From: Promethearchaeota archaeon
GTDB taxonomy: Archaea > Asgardarchaeota > Lokiarchaeia > Sigyniarchaeales > SOKP01
Direction: 5' to 3'
Length of the DNA: 64,000 bases
Assembly: GCA_019057795.1 (NCBI GenBank)
Contig: JAHLWS010000026.1
Coordinates: forward strand, 61,461 to 125,460
Positions 28,473 to 39,115 of the stretch are shown piece by piece (the stretch's first letter is position 1; every line of letters starts with the position of its first letter). Under the pieces are notes generated by a model, which did not search any database, was not told the DNA's origin, and was given only the letters and a program-made list of their open reading frames with translations. The translations under genes and the position numbers were made by a program.

Positions 28473-29444
28473 TTAATTTATTTGGAGCTCTATTTCATAC
28501 TTATTAATATACCATTTAAAGTAATCTTTTAATCCTTGCTCTTGATTATATTGTGGTTTAAATTTTATCAGCTCCATAGCCTTTGAGATATCGGCATAAC
28601 TATGAATTATATCTCCAGGTCTTGGATCCGTGTAAATAATATTAAGATGTTCTTTATTCGTAATTTTTAACATAAGTTTTGCTAACTCAGTTAATGTTAT
28701 TGGTAAATTCGCTCCTATATTTAAAATTTCTCCCGGAGCATCATGTTCTGCCGCTAAAATGTTAGCTTGAACTACATCTTTAATATAGGTGAAATCTCTT
28801 GAATTTTTTCCATCTCCAAAAACAATCAAATCATCATCACGAATAATTCTACCTAACCAAATAGCGATCACTCCACTATATGGGGAATCTCTCTGTCTTG
28901 GTCCAAAAACATTAAAATACCTCAATGATGTTGTTTTTAACCCATAAACTTGATGATATACTTGCATATAAGCTTCACTAGCTAACTTTGCAACTCCATA
29001 AGGAGAGATTGGTAATCTTCGCATGTCTTCTCTTTTGGGTAAAGTAGGAGTATCACCATATACCGATGAACTTGATGCAAAAATAATTTTTTCTACATCC
29101 ATTCGGCGAGCAGCATTCAAAATGTTTAAAACACCATTCACATTCACATCATTGCAATTATTTGGCATTATAACAGATTGTGGGACACTAGTAAATGCGG
29201 CCTGATGGTATACTATATCAACGTCTTTAAATAAGTCCAATAAGAAATTCAAATCTCTAATATCACCTTTATGAAATTCAAAATTCTTGTTTTTTAAAGC
29301 TATATCCAAATTTTCTAATCTTCCATTAAAAAGATTATCTACGCTTATGACATTAGCACCTAATTCAAGAAGCCTATCAGCTAAATTACTTCCAATAAAA
29401 CCTGCAACTCCCGTAATTAATACTCTTTTTCCATGAAAATCCAT
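28473..29444 (-). CDS. NAD-dependent sugar-nucleotide 4-epimerase (WbpP-like extended SDR)
   Basis: TGVAGFIGS, HQAA..SVP.S, SSSSVYG, YGVAK, LRYFNVFGPRQ. Confidence 0.93.
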   Translation of the reverse strand: MDFHGKRVLITGVAGFIGSNLADRLLELGANVISVDNLFNGRLENLDIALKNKNFEFHKGDIRDLNFLLDLFKDVDIVYHQAAFTSVPQSVIMPNNCNDVNVNGVLNILNAARRMDVEKIIFASSSSVYGDTPTLPKREDMRRLPISPYGVAKLASEAYMQVYHQVYGLKTTSLRYFNVFGPRQRDSPYSGVIAIWLGRIIRDDDLIVFGDGKNSRDFTYIKDVVQANILAAEHDAPGEILNIGANLPITLTELAKLMLKITNKEHLNIIYTDPRPGDIIHSYADISKAMELIKFKPQYNQEQGLKDYFKWYINKYEIELQIN

Positions 29445-29586
29445 TTTTCACTCATCTTATTATTAGTATTAAACTTTAATTTTCAAAATTTATTAGGATA
29501 ATATAATTTTTAATATCCCATCTTGGTTAAAAGTTACCCGAAAAAAAGTAAGATGCCAAAAAAAATAATGAATTTTTTCTCTCCCT

Positions 29587-30555
29587 CTATTGAATGGAAT
29601 TATGCTTTATTTGCCATTCATAAGTTTTCTTTAACCCGTCATATATATTTATTTTAGGAATATAGTTTAATAATTCTTTGGCTTTATTTGTATTTGAGTA
29701 TGTTATATCCACATCTCCTCTCTGTTTTTCAATATATTTAACTTTTTTAGGGCGTCTCGAAATTTCATACATCTTGTTTATTAATTCATTTACACTAATA
29801 GGGTTTGAGCAACCTAAATTAAAAACTTCTCCTGATGATTCAGCTTTTTCACCTGCTAAAATTAAACCATTAACTAAATCTGATACGTATGTAAAATCTC
29901 TTAATTGACTTCCATCGCCATATATGCTTATCTCCTTATTTTGAAAAATCAAATTAAAAAATTTTCTTATAGCCATATCTGGTCTTCCCCTTGGTCCATA
30001 TACGGTGTAAAATCTCAAGGAAGTCACTGGAAGCTTGTATTCTCGAAAATAATAATCAGCATAAATTTCTCCGCATAATTTTGAAACTGCATAAGGTGAA
30101 ATTGGATTTTTTGGATGGGCCTCATCACAAGGTGTGTAGATTGGATTTCCATATACTGAAGATGAAGATGCGTATACTACTTTTTTTATGTCATTATTTA
30201 AAGCATATTCAAGAATATTTAAAGCACTCACAATATTATTTTTTGTTACTTCTGCTGCATTCTCAATTGAGTATCTCACACCCGCCTGTGCTGCTAGATT
30301 GAATATAATATCAAAATCATAATCCAGATTACTTAAAATGGTTTTATCGATTAAATTCCCCTTAACTATTTCGAAATCTTTCGAATTCTTATAATTTTTA
30401 GTGACACTTGCCAAATTTTCTTTTTTTCCTTGATAATAATCGTTAAAATTGTCGATTATAACTAAAAAATTATTTTCTGGCAGTAATTGTTCAACCAAGG
30501 AAGTTCCTATAAAACCCGCTCCTCCAGCAATTGCAATGCTTTTATTTTTTATCAT
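29587..30555 (-). CDS. NAD-dependent epimerase (UDP-glucuronate 4-epimerase-like)
   Basis: GGAGFIG, LAAQAGVRYS, YAVSK, LRFYTVYGPRGRPDMA. Confidence 0.9.
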   Translation of the reverse strand: MIKNKSIAIAGGAGFIGTSLVEQLLPENNFLVIIDNFNDYYQGKKENLASVTKNYKNSKDFEIVKGNLIDKTILSNLDYDFDIIFNLAAQAGVRYSIENAAEVTKNNIVSALNILEYALNNDIKKVVYASSSSVYGNPIYTPCDEAHPKNPISPYAVSKLCGEIYADYYFREYKLPVTSLRFYTVYGPRGRPDMAIRKFFNLIFQNKEISIYGDGSQLRDFTYVSDLVNGLILAGEKAESSGEVFNLGCSNPISVNELINKMYEISRRPKKVKYIEKQRGDVDITYSNTNKAKELLNYIPKINIYDGLKKTYEWQIKHNSIQ

Positions 30556-30590
30556 ATTCCGTTAACCATTCTATCAATAATGGATAATTA

Positions 30591-31727
30591 TTAATTTAAC
30601 ATATTTCTATAAACCTTTTCTATATCTTCCGAAACTTTCTCCCATGAGAATTCTTTTTTAATTAAATTCCTTCCATTTTTTCCAAAGTTATTCAATGTTT
30701 TTTCATTACTAATGAGTTTTAACATATTATCTGTCTCTTGAAATATTTTATCAATCTTAAATAGGAAACCATTTTCTTTAGGTTTAATGATTTCAGAAAC
30801 ACCTCCAACATTTGAACTAATTACTGGAGTTTCACAAGCAAGGCTTTCTAATATTGTTGTCGGGACACCTTCAAATCGGGAAGTTAACATTATCAATTTA
30901 CTCATGTTATAAACTTTTTCTATTTTTTCATAAGGGAAATATTCTTTATATGTAATGGGAAGCTCTTTTTTTGCCTTTTCTACTAAATTTTTTAATGGAC
31001 CATTACCTATGATCAAAAATTTCAATGTATTATCCTCTTTATAAAGTTCTTTTATAACTTCTATAAAAATATCAATACCTTTAATATATGATAATCTGCC
31101 TATAAATGTAATAAATCTTCTGTTTATTGTATCAATTCTTTTGAATCTCTCAATATCAACGGCATTTGGGATATAGTAATAAGCCTTATTAGAGAGATCA
31201 TAATTCTGCCTAACAAAATCAAGATCTTTTTTAGAAACAGAAATTATTGAATCTGAGTTTTTTATAACCAATTTGCCAATTATTTTATCAAAGATACTTC
31301 TTTTATATAACAATTGGAAGTATTCGATTAAATTGGAACTTAAAGAAAGTGGTGTTTGTACACCACCATGAATATGCAAAACAAACGGAAATTTTCTCAT
31401 TTTCCTTAATAATGCACACTGAGCTGAAGTAAAAAAAATGTATGAATGTGCATGGATTAAATCATATTTTTGATAATTTTTTTTCATAAAACTATACATA
31501 TTTACTATAGGATTTTTACCCCAGAGATTATGATAACATCTTTTATAATGCACTTTTACTGATTCTTCAATCAAATCGTTTTTTATTTTTCTCTTAAATA
31601 CATCAGAGGTTAAAATTTCACTATCGATATTTCTTTTCTTTTTTAAATTGATAGATAAATTCTTGCAAAAGATTTCGGACCCTCCTAAATGATCCGGTGG
31701 ATAAGGATTTACTTGAAGTACTTTCAT
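30591..31727 (-). CDS. GT4 family glycosyltransferase
   Basis: YPP..GG.E, GRL...KG, EG.P...LE. Confidence 0.92.
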   Translation of the reverse strand: MKVLQVNPYPPDHLGGSEIFCKNLSINLKKKRNIDSEILTSDVFKRKIKNDLIEESVKVHYKRCYHNLWGKNPIVNMYSFMKKNYQKYDLIHAHSYIFFTSAQCALLRKMRKFPFVLHIHGGVQTPLSLSSNLIEYFQLLYKRSIFDKIIGKLVIKNSDSIISVSKKDLDFVRQNYDLSNKAYYYIPNAVDIERFKRIDTINRRFITFIGRLSYIKGIDIFIEVIKELYKEDNTLKFLIIGNGPLKNLVEKAKKELPITYKEYFPYEKIEKVYNMSKLIMLTSRFEGVPTTILESLACETPVISSNVGGVSEIIKPKENGFLFKIDKIFQETDNMLKLISNEKTLNNFGKNGRNLIKKEFSWEKVSEDIEKVYRNMLN

Positions 31728-31936
31728 AATTGTGTCATTCAGAATTTAGTGATTATAATGTTTCGTTTATATTATGGTTTTTACTTAAAACAAGATTCTT
31801 TATTAAATAAACTATATCCTAGAATTTAATTACGATTTTTAAAGCATTTTAATAGATTTAATTAATAAATCATTCCAATAATTTAATATCTTTTATGAAT
31901 TATTCTTTATAAGAATTAAAAGGAAATTTAAAATCT

Positions 31937-33061
31937 ATGAAGAAAAAGATTTTAATAATAATACCCTCTTTGGAAATTGGTGGGGGTGCCGAGAGAGCTG
32001 CATCAATTTTATCAAAAAAATTATCAGAAACCTATCATATTTCCATATTGACTTTTTATGACTATAAAAAAAGCTATTCCTATGAAGGCGAATTCTATTC
32101 GCTCAAATTAGATTCAAAATTTTGGAAAAAGTGTTTTATAATTTTTTATATTTATAAAAAAATAAAATTGATCTCCCCTGATCTAATCATATCCTTCATC
32201 GATCATACTAATTTGTTGCTAATTGTTACTAAAATGTTATTCTCATTAAAGATACCATTGATAATTTCCGTCCGTACTAATGTGAAAGAAAGATACAAGA
32301 AACAAAACAAAATTCAGAACTTCCTAATTAAACTATTATATAAATTGAGAGCTGTAAATAAAATAGTAACAATCTCTAATGGTGTTAAAGATATATTAAT
32401 TAAAAACTATTATATCAACAAAAAAAAAATAATTACGATATATAATGGAATAAATAGTAAAGAAGTTCAGAGTAAAATTAAGGAGGAATTAAATTTAGGT
32501 ATCATAGAAATTTTCCAAAATCCTAAGATTATAAAAATTATAACTATGGGACGGTTAATTGAATTAAAAGGGCATAAATCTCTTATAACTGCTTTCTCAA
32601 AAGTAAGAAGAATAATAAAAAATTCTAAACTTTTTATCATAGGAGATGGTCCTTTAAAAGAAGAATATCAAGCGTTAATAAATGATCTTAATTTAAAAGA
32701 TCATATAATCTTATTAGGGTTAGTAAAAAATCCATATAAATACATGGCAAAATCAGATATCTTTGTATTCTCTTCTAAATTTGAAGGTTTTCCAAATGTG
32801 CTACTAGAGGCATTGGCATGTGGGTTACCAATTATCTCAACAGATTGCGAATGGGGACCTAAAGAAATTTTAAATAATGGTGAATACGGAATGTTAGTTA
32901 GAGTTGGTGATTCAGATGATTTAGCTGAAAAAATGATAACTTTAGCGAAGAATGAAGAATTACTTTCATATTATAATAAAAAGTCATCAGAAAGAATTAG
33001 TCAATTTGATATAAATAGGATTATCAAAAAATGGATTTATTTAATTGATTCTTTTTTATAA
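31937..33061 (+). CDS. GT4 family glycosyltransferase (PglJ/WabH-like)
   Basis: GGGAER, GRL...KG, NPYKYM, EGFPNVLLEA. Confidence 0.93.
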   Translation: MKKKILIIIPSLEIGGGAERAASILSKKLSETYHISILTFYDYKKSYSYEGEFYSLKLDSKFWKKCFIIFYIYKKIKLISPDLIISFIDHTNLLLIVTKMLFSLKIPLIISVRTNVKERYKKQNKIQNFLIKLLYKLRAVNKIVTISNGVKDILIKNYYINKKKIITIYNGINSKEVQSKIKEELNLGIIEIFQNPKIIKIITMGRLIELKGHKSLITAFSKVRRIIKNSKLFIIGDGPLKEEYQALINDLNLKDHIILLGLVKNPYKYMAKSDIFVFSSKFEGFPNVLLEALACGLPIISTDCEWGPKEILNNGEYGMLVRVGDSDDLAEKMITLAKNEELLSYYNKKSSERISQFDINRIIKKWIYLIDSFL

Positions 33062-33204
33062 AAGAAATTATTACTTTAATAAGATTGATTAAATGAAAAA
33101 CTTTCCTCCTCAAGTAGTTCTCAAAAATTTTAATAGTTATAAGATTTTAAACAAATATATTAGCATTCAAATTAATTTCTTTAAGCAAAAGAGCTTTACT
33201 TAGG

Positions 33205-34083
33205 ATGAATAAAAATTTAAATTTTAATAATTCAACTGAATTATTTAAAATAGTCTCTAAGTATTTTGATTATACTCAAGAAGAAGTAAGAGACAGCAAA
33301 AAATTATATGGAGTAACAAATTCAGGACAACTAAAACAGTATTATTTCAACCTATTAAAGAAACGTGCTTATGCTAATTATATCAAATATCTTTATATCG
33401 ATAGGGTAATTCCTTTAGTAAAAAATATACGAAAAGATATAAAAATATTAGATGCAGGCTGTGGTTTAGGCACAGAATCGCTATTATGTGGTGTTTTAGG
33501 GGCAAATGTAACAGGAATTGATATTTCAAAAGAAAGATTAAATGTCGCTAAAAATCGGATAAAGTTCTATGAAAATAAGTTTCAAACTAAAATAAATGTA
33601 CAATTTCATTATGAAAACATATTAAGCCATGCTAATAAGTATGATATTATTTGGGTAAATGAGGCAATATCTCACATAAATCCAATTAATCAATTTTTAA
33701 AGAATTGTTATTATAATCTAAATGATGGAGGAAAATTGATTATATCTGATGCTAATAAATTAAATCCTCATGTCTATTTTCAATCTAAAAAAGATCAAAT
33801 TAGAAGTGGAGGAATTTATCAAAATGTTATTCAACAAGATCTTCCTAAAGGGAAAGAAATCTCATATGCTGTCGAGAGAATATTTACAATTCCCGCAATA
33901 AAATCTCTATTATCTCAATTTTTTAAAGTCAAAGAAGTTGTATCTATCAGATTCCTCCCATATCCTGTATATAAATTTAATTCTAACATATTTCTTATGA
34001 TTGAAAGGAATGTGTTAAGAAAAATCCCAATTTTAAATCTATTTTCTACAACTTACGTAATAATTTCAATTAAAAAGAGTTAA
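33205..34083 (+). CDS. class I SAM-dependent methyltransferase
   Basis: ILDAGCGLG, GIDIS, YDII, L..GGKL. Confidence 0.9.
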   Translation: MNKNLNFNNSTELFKIVSKYFDYTQEEVRDSKKLYGVTNSGQLKQYYFNLLKKRAYANYIKYLYIDRVIPLVKNIRKDIKILDAGCGLGTESLLCGVLGANVTGIDISKERLNVAKNRIKFYENKFQTKINVQFHYENILSHANKYDIIWVNEAISHINPINQFLKNCYYNLNDGGKLIISDANKLNPHVYFQSKKDQIRSGGIYQNVIQQDLPKGKEISYAVERIFTIPAIKSLLSQFFKVKEVVSIRFLPYPVYKFNSNIFLMIERNVLRKIPILNLFSTTYVIISIKKS

Positions 34084-34101
34084 TAAATAGAGGCTAAATC
34101 A

Positions 34102-34878
34102 GTGTATAAATCAAGCGATTTTAAACCATTCAAAAATTATGAAATAGTCTTTAAAGATTTTAAAGTGGAAAATAAAATTTCTGAATTTGAAAGGTTTATG
34201 AATTATATTAATAGAATCAAAAAAATAGAAAGAGATACTAAACTGTTCGAGGTTGGTACAGGAAATGGATGGTTTCAAATTTTATGTCATTTGAATGGAA
34301 TAAATTCAACTGGATTGGACATTCTCCCTCATAATATAGAATTTGCAAAAAAATTAGCTAAAGAAAATGGTTATGATATTAATATTCTTTTAGGCAGTAT
34401 TGAAACCACTGATATTGGAACTTCTAAATATGATATTATTATAGCACTTTCTGTGTTTGAACATGTTAAATATTGGCAAACTGGTTTGTTGAATGTTTAT
34501 AATGCTTTAAAACCTGGAGGTGTGCTTTTATTCATTTCAACAAATAGATTCTCACTCGTTAGTGGTGAATGTAAATTTCCTTTCTATGGATGGTACCCCA
34601 AAAAAATACGATATAGATTGAGAATGTGGTTACACGGTAAGGATGTGATGCTATATAATATAGACTATAATCAATTTACATTCTTTCATTTAAAACGTTT
34701 TTTTAAATTCATTGGTTTTTCTAAGATTTTCAATACTTGGGATATAGTAGAATTAAATGATTTTAAAGATTCAAGTTTTATAAAAAAACTCCTAATTAAA
34801 TTTTTAACACATTCGAAATTACTGAAGAAACTTTCATTATGGATTCTTCCAATCACCTTTTTTATTTGTATTAAGTAA
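34102..34878 (+). CDS. class I SAM-dependent methyltransferase
   Basis: EVGTGNG, YDII...VFEHV, LKPGG. Confidence 0.9.
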   Translation: MYKSSDFKPFKNYEIVFKDFKVENKISEFERFMNYINRIKKIERDTKLFEVGTGNGWFQILCHLNGINSTGLDILPHNIEFAKKLAKENGYDINILLGSIETTDIGTSKYDIIIALSVFEHVKYWQTGLLNVYNALKPGGVLLFISTNRFSLVSGECKFPFYGWYPKKIRYRLRMWLHGKDVMLYNIDYNQFTFFHLKRFFKFIGFSKIFNTWDIVELNDFKDSSFIKKLLIKFLTHSKLLKKLSLWILPITFFICIK

Positions 34879-35089
34879 ATTTGTAGAATCTGAAAGTGAT
34901 AACAATCAATATAATTACAACCAGAATTTATCCTTATATGGTAAACCAGCTAAGCTTGTTTTTCTTCTATTTAAATTAAGATAATAAGAAGAAATTAATT
35001 TAATTACAAGTAATTAAACTCTATTTAATAAGAAAGATGGACTTTAAAATGATAAAGTAATTTTTACATGAAAATTTTAATTTATTAGA

Positions 35090-36766
35090 ATGGAAAATAA
35101 AGAAATAGAAAACGAAGCAAAAAGGAATAATGAGATTAGTAAAGAATATCGATTACTTGCCAGAAACTCCCTTTACTCTGGTTTACATAACTTTACTTTA
35201 ATTATATATTCAATGATTCTTTCATTCTTGTTGGCAAGGTTAATTTCAATTGAAACTTGGCAATATTTCATATTAGCAAATACAATTATTTTAATGATTA
35301 CACAACTTTCGCGTTTAATACCACCTTCTTTAGAATCATCACTGAATTATTATATTCCAAGATATTTTATTTTAAAACAAAATTCTAAGTTAAAATCATT
35401 CATTATAAGATCATTATTTTTACGGTTACTTTTTCTAATTCCAGTATTTTTAGTTAGTTTTTTAATTTTCTTCGTATTTAATGATTTTTTCAGGGTTGCT
35501 TTTAATGATAATTTAAGTCTTTTATTTATATTATCTCCTCTAATTTTAATTGATAGCTTAAATTTAACTTTAAGAAGTATTAATAGTGGTTTTAGCAGAT
35601 TTAATATCAATTTTTTTCTATATTTAACAAGAATAATAATTAATCTCTCAACTTTACTATACTGCCTTCTATTTGTTAATAACATTTTGATAGAATTAAT
35701 CGCATTGATTTCTGTGTTTTCATATTTAATACCATTTTTTCTTAATTGTATTATTGTTTTTAAAACACTCTATAGAATTAAAAGGACTAAGGAAGCACCA
35801 TTATCTTTCAAAAAAGTATCGAACTTAACTTTTACCTATGGCACCCCTATTGTTTTCAGTTATTTTCTTAGTACTTTTTGGGGAGAACTCCAAAAATTAG
35901 GAATAGGTGTTAATGATGCTGCTCTGCCTGAGGGAGAAAAAATAAATTTAACAGGATTCAATATTGCGAATAGTTATGCAACTATTTCAAAAGCGATTAT
36001 GCTCTCCCTAAATACATCTTTATTGAACTCTTTTACACGATTAACAACTAAACAATATTCTGAAAATATACCTTCATTTTATAATCTTCTAATTAAATAT
36101 TCTCTATTTATATTGACTTTAATTTCAGGGTTCTTATTTTTCTTAGTTGATTTCAATTTGGTTCTTATCTATGGTGAAAAATATCTACAATTTTCTTTAT
36201 TTCTCAAATTAATAATAATTTCAGTAATTTTTCAAATACTCATTGTTCCATTTGATACATTTATGTTATCTCAAAATAAAACAAAAATTTTAGCTCCAAT
36301 AAAAGCAATTGTAATTATTATTCAAATCACATTTTTTTTTATATTATTATTTTATTTTGGAGTTATAGGGGCTCTAATTGGGCTGATAATTATTGAATTG
36401 TTAATTTTTATTTTTTATTCGATCTTAACTTTTAAGATTGCTAAAATTAAGTTGAAAATGGGAAACTTAATTCTTCAATACTTGATTTTTTTCATTTCTA
36501 TAGGAATATCTTTATTTTTAGAAAACATCGTATTAAAGGAACTTTATATAAATATTCTTACAAACCTAAATTTATTAATTTTAAAAGATCTCCCAATATT
36601 TTCATTAATTATATTTTTTATAACATTTATATTCCTCTATGTAGTATTAAACATCATTAAAAAAGAAGATTTAACATATTTAGAGTTGTTCTTTAACAAG
36701 GATACTAAAGTAGAAAAATTAATTCGTAGATTTTTAAGAGTTCTTAAAAAAATAACAATTTCATAG
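35090..36766 (+). CDS. oligosaccharide flippase (Wzx/MATE-like)
   Basis: About 14 TM helices, LARNS...LLAR, IYGEKY, GVIGA; located in the glycan locus. Confidence 0.85.
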   Translation: MENKEIENEAKRNNEISKEYRLLARNSLYSGLHNFTLIIYSMILSFLLARLISIETWQYFILANTIILMITQLSRLIPPSLESSLNYYIPRYFILKQNSKLKSFIIRSLFLRLLFLIPVFLVSFLIFFVFNDFFRVAFNDNLSLLFILSPLILIDSLNLTLRSINSGFSRFNINFFLYLTRIIINLSTLLYCLLFVNNILIELIALISVFSYLIPFFLNCIIVFKTLYRIKRTKEAPLSFKKVSNLTFTYGTPIVFSYFLSTFWGELQKLGIGVNDAALPEGEKINLTGFNIANSYATISKAIMLSLNTSLLNSFTRLTTKQYSENIPSFYNLLIKYSLFILTLISGFLFFLVDFNLVLIYGEKYLQFSLFLKLIIISVIFQILIVPFDTFMLSQNKTKILAPIKAIVIIIQITFFFILLFYFGVIGALIGLIIIELLIFIFYSILTFKIAKIKLKMGNLILQYLIFFISIGISLFLENIVLKELYINILTNLNLLILKDLPIFSLIIFFITFIFLYVVLNIIKKEDLTYLELFFNKDTKVEKLIRRFLRVLKKITIS

Positions 36767-36805
36767 CTAATTTAATAAAAATTAAACAAGATATTTTAAA
36801 AAAAC

Positions 36806-38023
36806 TTGAAAATTTTAAGAATCAGTACTCGTTTATACCCTGATATTGGAGGTCCTGCTAAACAAGCTTTTCTTTTATCAAAATTTTGTTCAAAAAATAA
36901 AATTAAATGTATAAATATTACATCTAAACCATTCAAATCTTCTACTAATAAAATTACAAAAATAAATTCTAATTTTGAAATCCATTATTTACCTTTTATA
37001 GCTCCTGGAGTAAATTCAGGTCCTTTTAGATTAATTCTTTTTTTTTTTAAATTTTTCATATATGGTTTGCTTAAAGCATTAGTTATTAATTTTAAAAATA
37101 AAATTGATTTAATTCATTGTCATTCTCCCCCCCCAACTGGATTTATCTCTTATTTATTGTCTAAAATATTCAAGGTTCCTTATATTTATACAATTCATGG
37201 ATTAGATTATCCTAATACTTACATTTTGAATTTAGATATGAATTATATTACTCGAAATGCAAATAAGTCTTTTTCAGTAAGCAGAAGAATTATTGAATTT
37301 ATAAAAAATAAATTTGGTATAGAAAATATCTCTTGGTTTCCAAATTTGATAGACACATCTGAATATTTTCATTATAAATCTAAGGATGAAAAAGAAATCT
37401 TAATTAAAGATTTAAATCTTGATAATCTTCTGAATAAAGATGATTTTATCATAGTTTACATTGGCCACATGCTTTTTCTTCAAAAAGTTAAAGGAATGAT
37501 CGATTTTCTAGAAGCTTTTTCTAAATTTCTAAGTAGAATTAAAGATATTAGCGAAAAAAATAAAATTAAACTTCTTTATATAGGAGATGGTGACTTTTCT
37601 CCAATATTAATTAAAAAAATTAAAGAATATAACCTAAATCAAAATATCTTTTTTTTAGGCAAAAGAAATGATATTAAGAAGATTTTAGCTATATCAGATT
37701 TATTAGGTTTAACATCTTATATCGAAGGGTTTCCAAATGTAATATTAGAAGCAATGGCTTCAAAAGTGCCTTGTATTGCATCTGATGTGGGGGAAATCAA
37801 GCATATTATTAAAGATAATGGTTTTATTGTTAATGCAGGGGATATATATAGTATTGGAAAAAATATTGAAAATTTTTATTTTTTATCTGAGGATAAACGT
37901 AAACATCTAATGGAAAACGTTTATAAACACGTACGATATAGCTCTGACATAAATCTACAGGGTAAAAGACTTATTAATATTTATTATCATTTGATCAAGA
38001 TTAATAGTCATAAAACTAATTGA
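36806..38023 (+). CDS. GT4 family glycosyltransferase
   Basis: YPDIGGP, TIHG, EGFPNVILEAMA, SDVG. Confidence 0.92.
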   Translation: MKILRISTRLYPDIGGPAKQAFLLSKFCSKNKIKCINITSKPFKSSTNKITKINSNFEIHYLPFIAPGVNSGPFRLILFFFKFFIYGLLKALVINFKNKIDLIHCHSPPPTGFISYLLSKIFKVPYIYTIHGLDYPNTYILNLDMNYITRNANKSFSVSRRIIEFIKNKFGIENISWFPNLIDTSEYFHYKSKDEKEILIKDLNLDNLLNKDDFIIVYIGHMLFLQKVKGMIDFLEAFSKFLSRIKDISEKNKIKLLYIGDGDFSPILIKKIKEYNLNQNIFFLGKRNDIKKILAISDLLGLTSYIEGFPNVILEAMASKVPCIASDVGEIKHIIKDNGFIVNAGDIYSIGKNIENFYFLSEDKRKHLMENVYKHVRYSSDINLQGKRLINIYYHLIKINSHKTN

Positions 38024-38120
38024 AATTACTTTTTGAAATTTATTCCTATAATTAAAATTTCCAATATCATTAGAGTCTAATTTTATAAGAATAAAAAAAA
38101 AAATAGAAAAAAATCTCTAT

Positions 38121-39065
38121 TTAAGTAACAATCATCGTAATGATTGGATAAGGGATAATTATTTCTTCTCTTATTGGATGATATAGAAAAAAAGGTTTTC
38201 TAATAAGATAATGTCGTTTTAATTTTAATTTTCTGGTGTGAAAAGATTTAAGTTTCTTTATACTATATATTGAAAAACAAGTTATTAGGCTTAAAATTAA
38301 TTTTCTTAATATTATTTTTGAAGTTCCATATTTTCTTTTTGTTAAAACAATGGGATATTCCTTTATTTCATAATTTTTTAGAGCAGCTTGTAATAATACT
38401 TCTGTTGTAAACGCATAATCTTGAAAGTCAATTTCGTTAAAAATTGAAATTGTTTTTCTATCAAATGCGCGATATCCACTTTGATTATTTATAATTTTTT
38501 TTTTAAAAAGAATTTGAAGTAATTTCTCTATAAGAGCTTCTCCTAATCTTGTTGATAATGGTAATTTATAATTATAAGAACCCAAATATCTTGAACCAAC
38601 CGAAATATCTGCTTCGCCTTCAAACACAGGTTTAATAAGCGATAAAATGTCAAATGGGTTATGTTGACCATCGGCATCCATAGTAATTATTATTCTGCCT
38701 TTAGAATATTTAATTCCTGTGAGTAGACTGTTACCATATCCCCTATTTCTTTTATGTTTTAATAATATTATTTTTTTTCGATTCCTAATTTTCTCAATTT
38801 CATCTAAACTATTGTCAGTAGAATGATCATCAACTACAATTATTTCAACTAAATTATTTTGAGGAAGACTTTCTAAAACTTCTTTGATTGTTTTTTCTTC
38901 ATTATAAACTGGTATTACTATTGAAAGAAGTACTTGATCTTTATAATTTTTAAACTTCTCAAGATATTCAATTAATTCTTGACATTTGTGATATTTTTCA
39001 ATATCTGTCCTATTCTGTTCTTCAATAAAACTTTCAGAATATTGATGTACTTTAAAAGAATCCAA
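38121..39065 (-). CDS. GT2 glycosyltransferase (DPM1-like polyprenyl-phosphate sugar synthase)
   Basis: IPVYNEE, VVDDHSTD, N.GYG, MDADGQH, GSRY, SGYRA. Confidence 0.92.
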   Translation of the reverse strand: MDSFKVHQYSESFIEEQNRTDIEKYHKCQELIEYLEKFKNYKDQVLLSIVIPVYNEEKTIKEVLESLPQNNLVEIIVVDDHSTDNSLDEIEKIRNRKKIILLKHKRNRGYGNSLLTGIKYSKGRIIITMDADGQHNPFDILSLIKPVFEGEADISVGSRYLGSYNYKLPLSTRLGEALIEKLLQILFKKKIINNQSGYRAFDRKTISIFNEIDFQDYAFTTEVLLQAALKNYEIKEYPIVLTKRKYGTSKIILRKLILSLITCFSIYSIKKLKSFHTRKLKLKRHYLIRKPFFLYHPIREEIIIPYPIITMIVT

Positions 39066-39115
39066 GAGAATTATTCCTAAATTTTTATTTAACTAAATGT
39101 TATTAAATTTCCGAA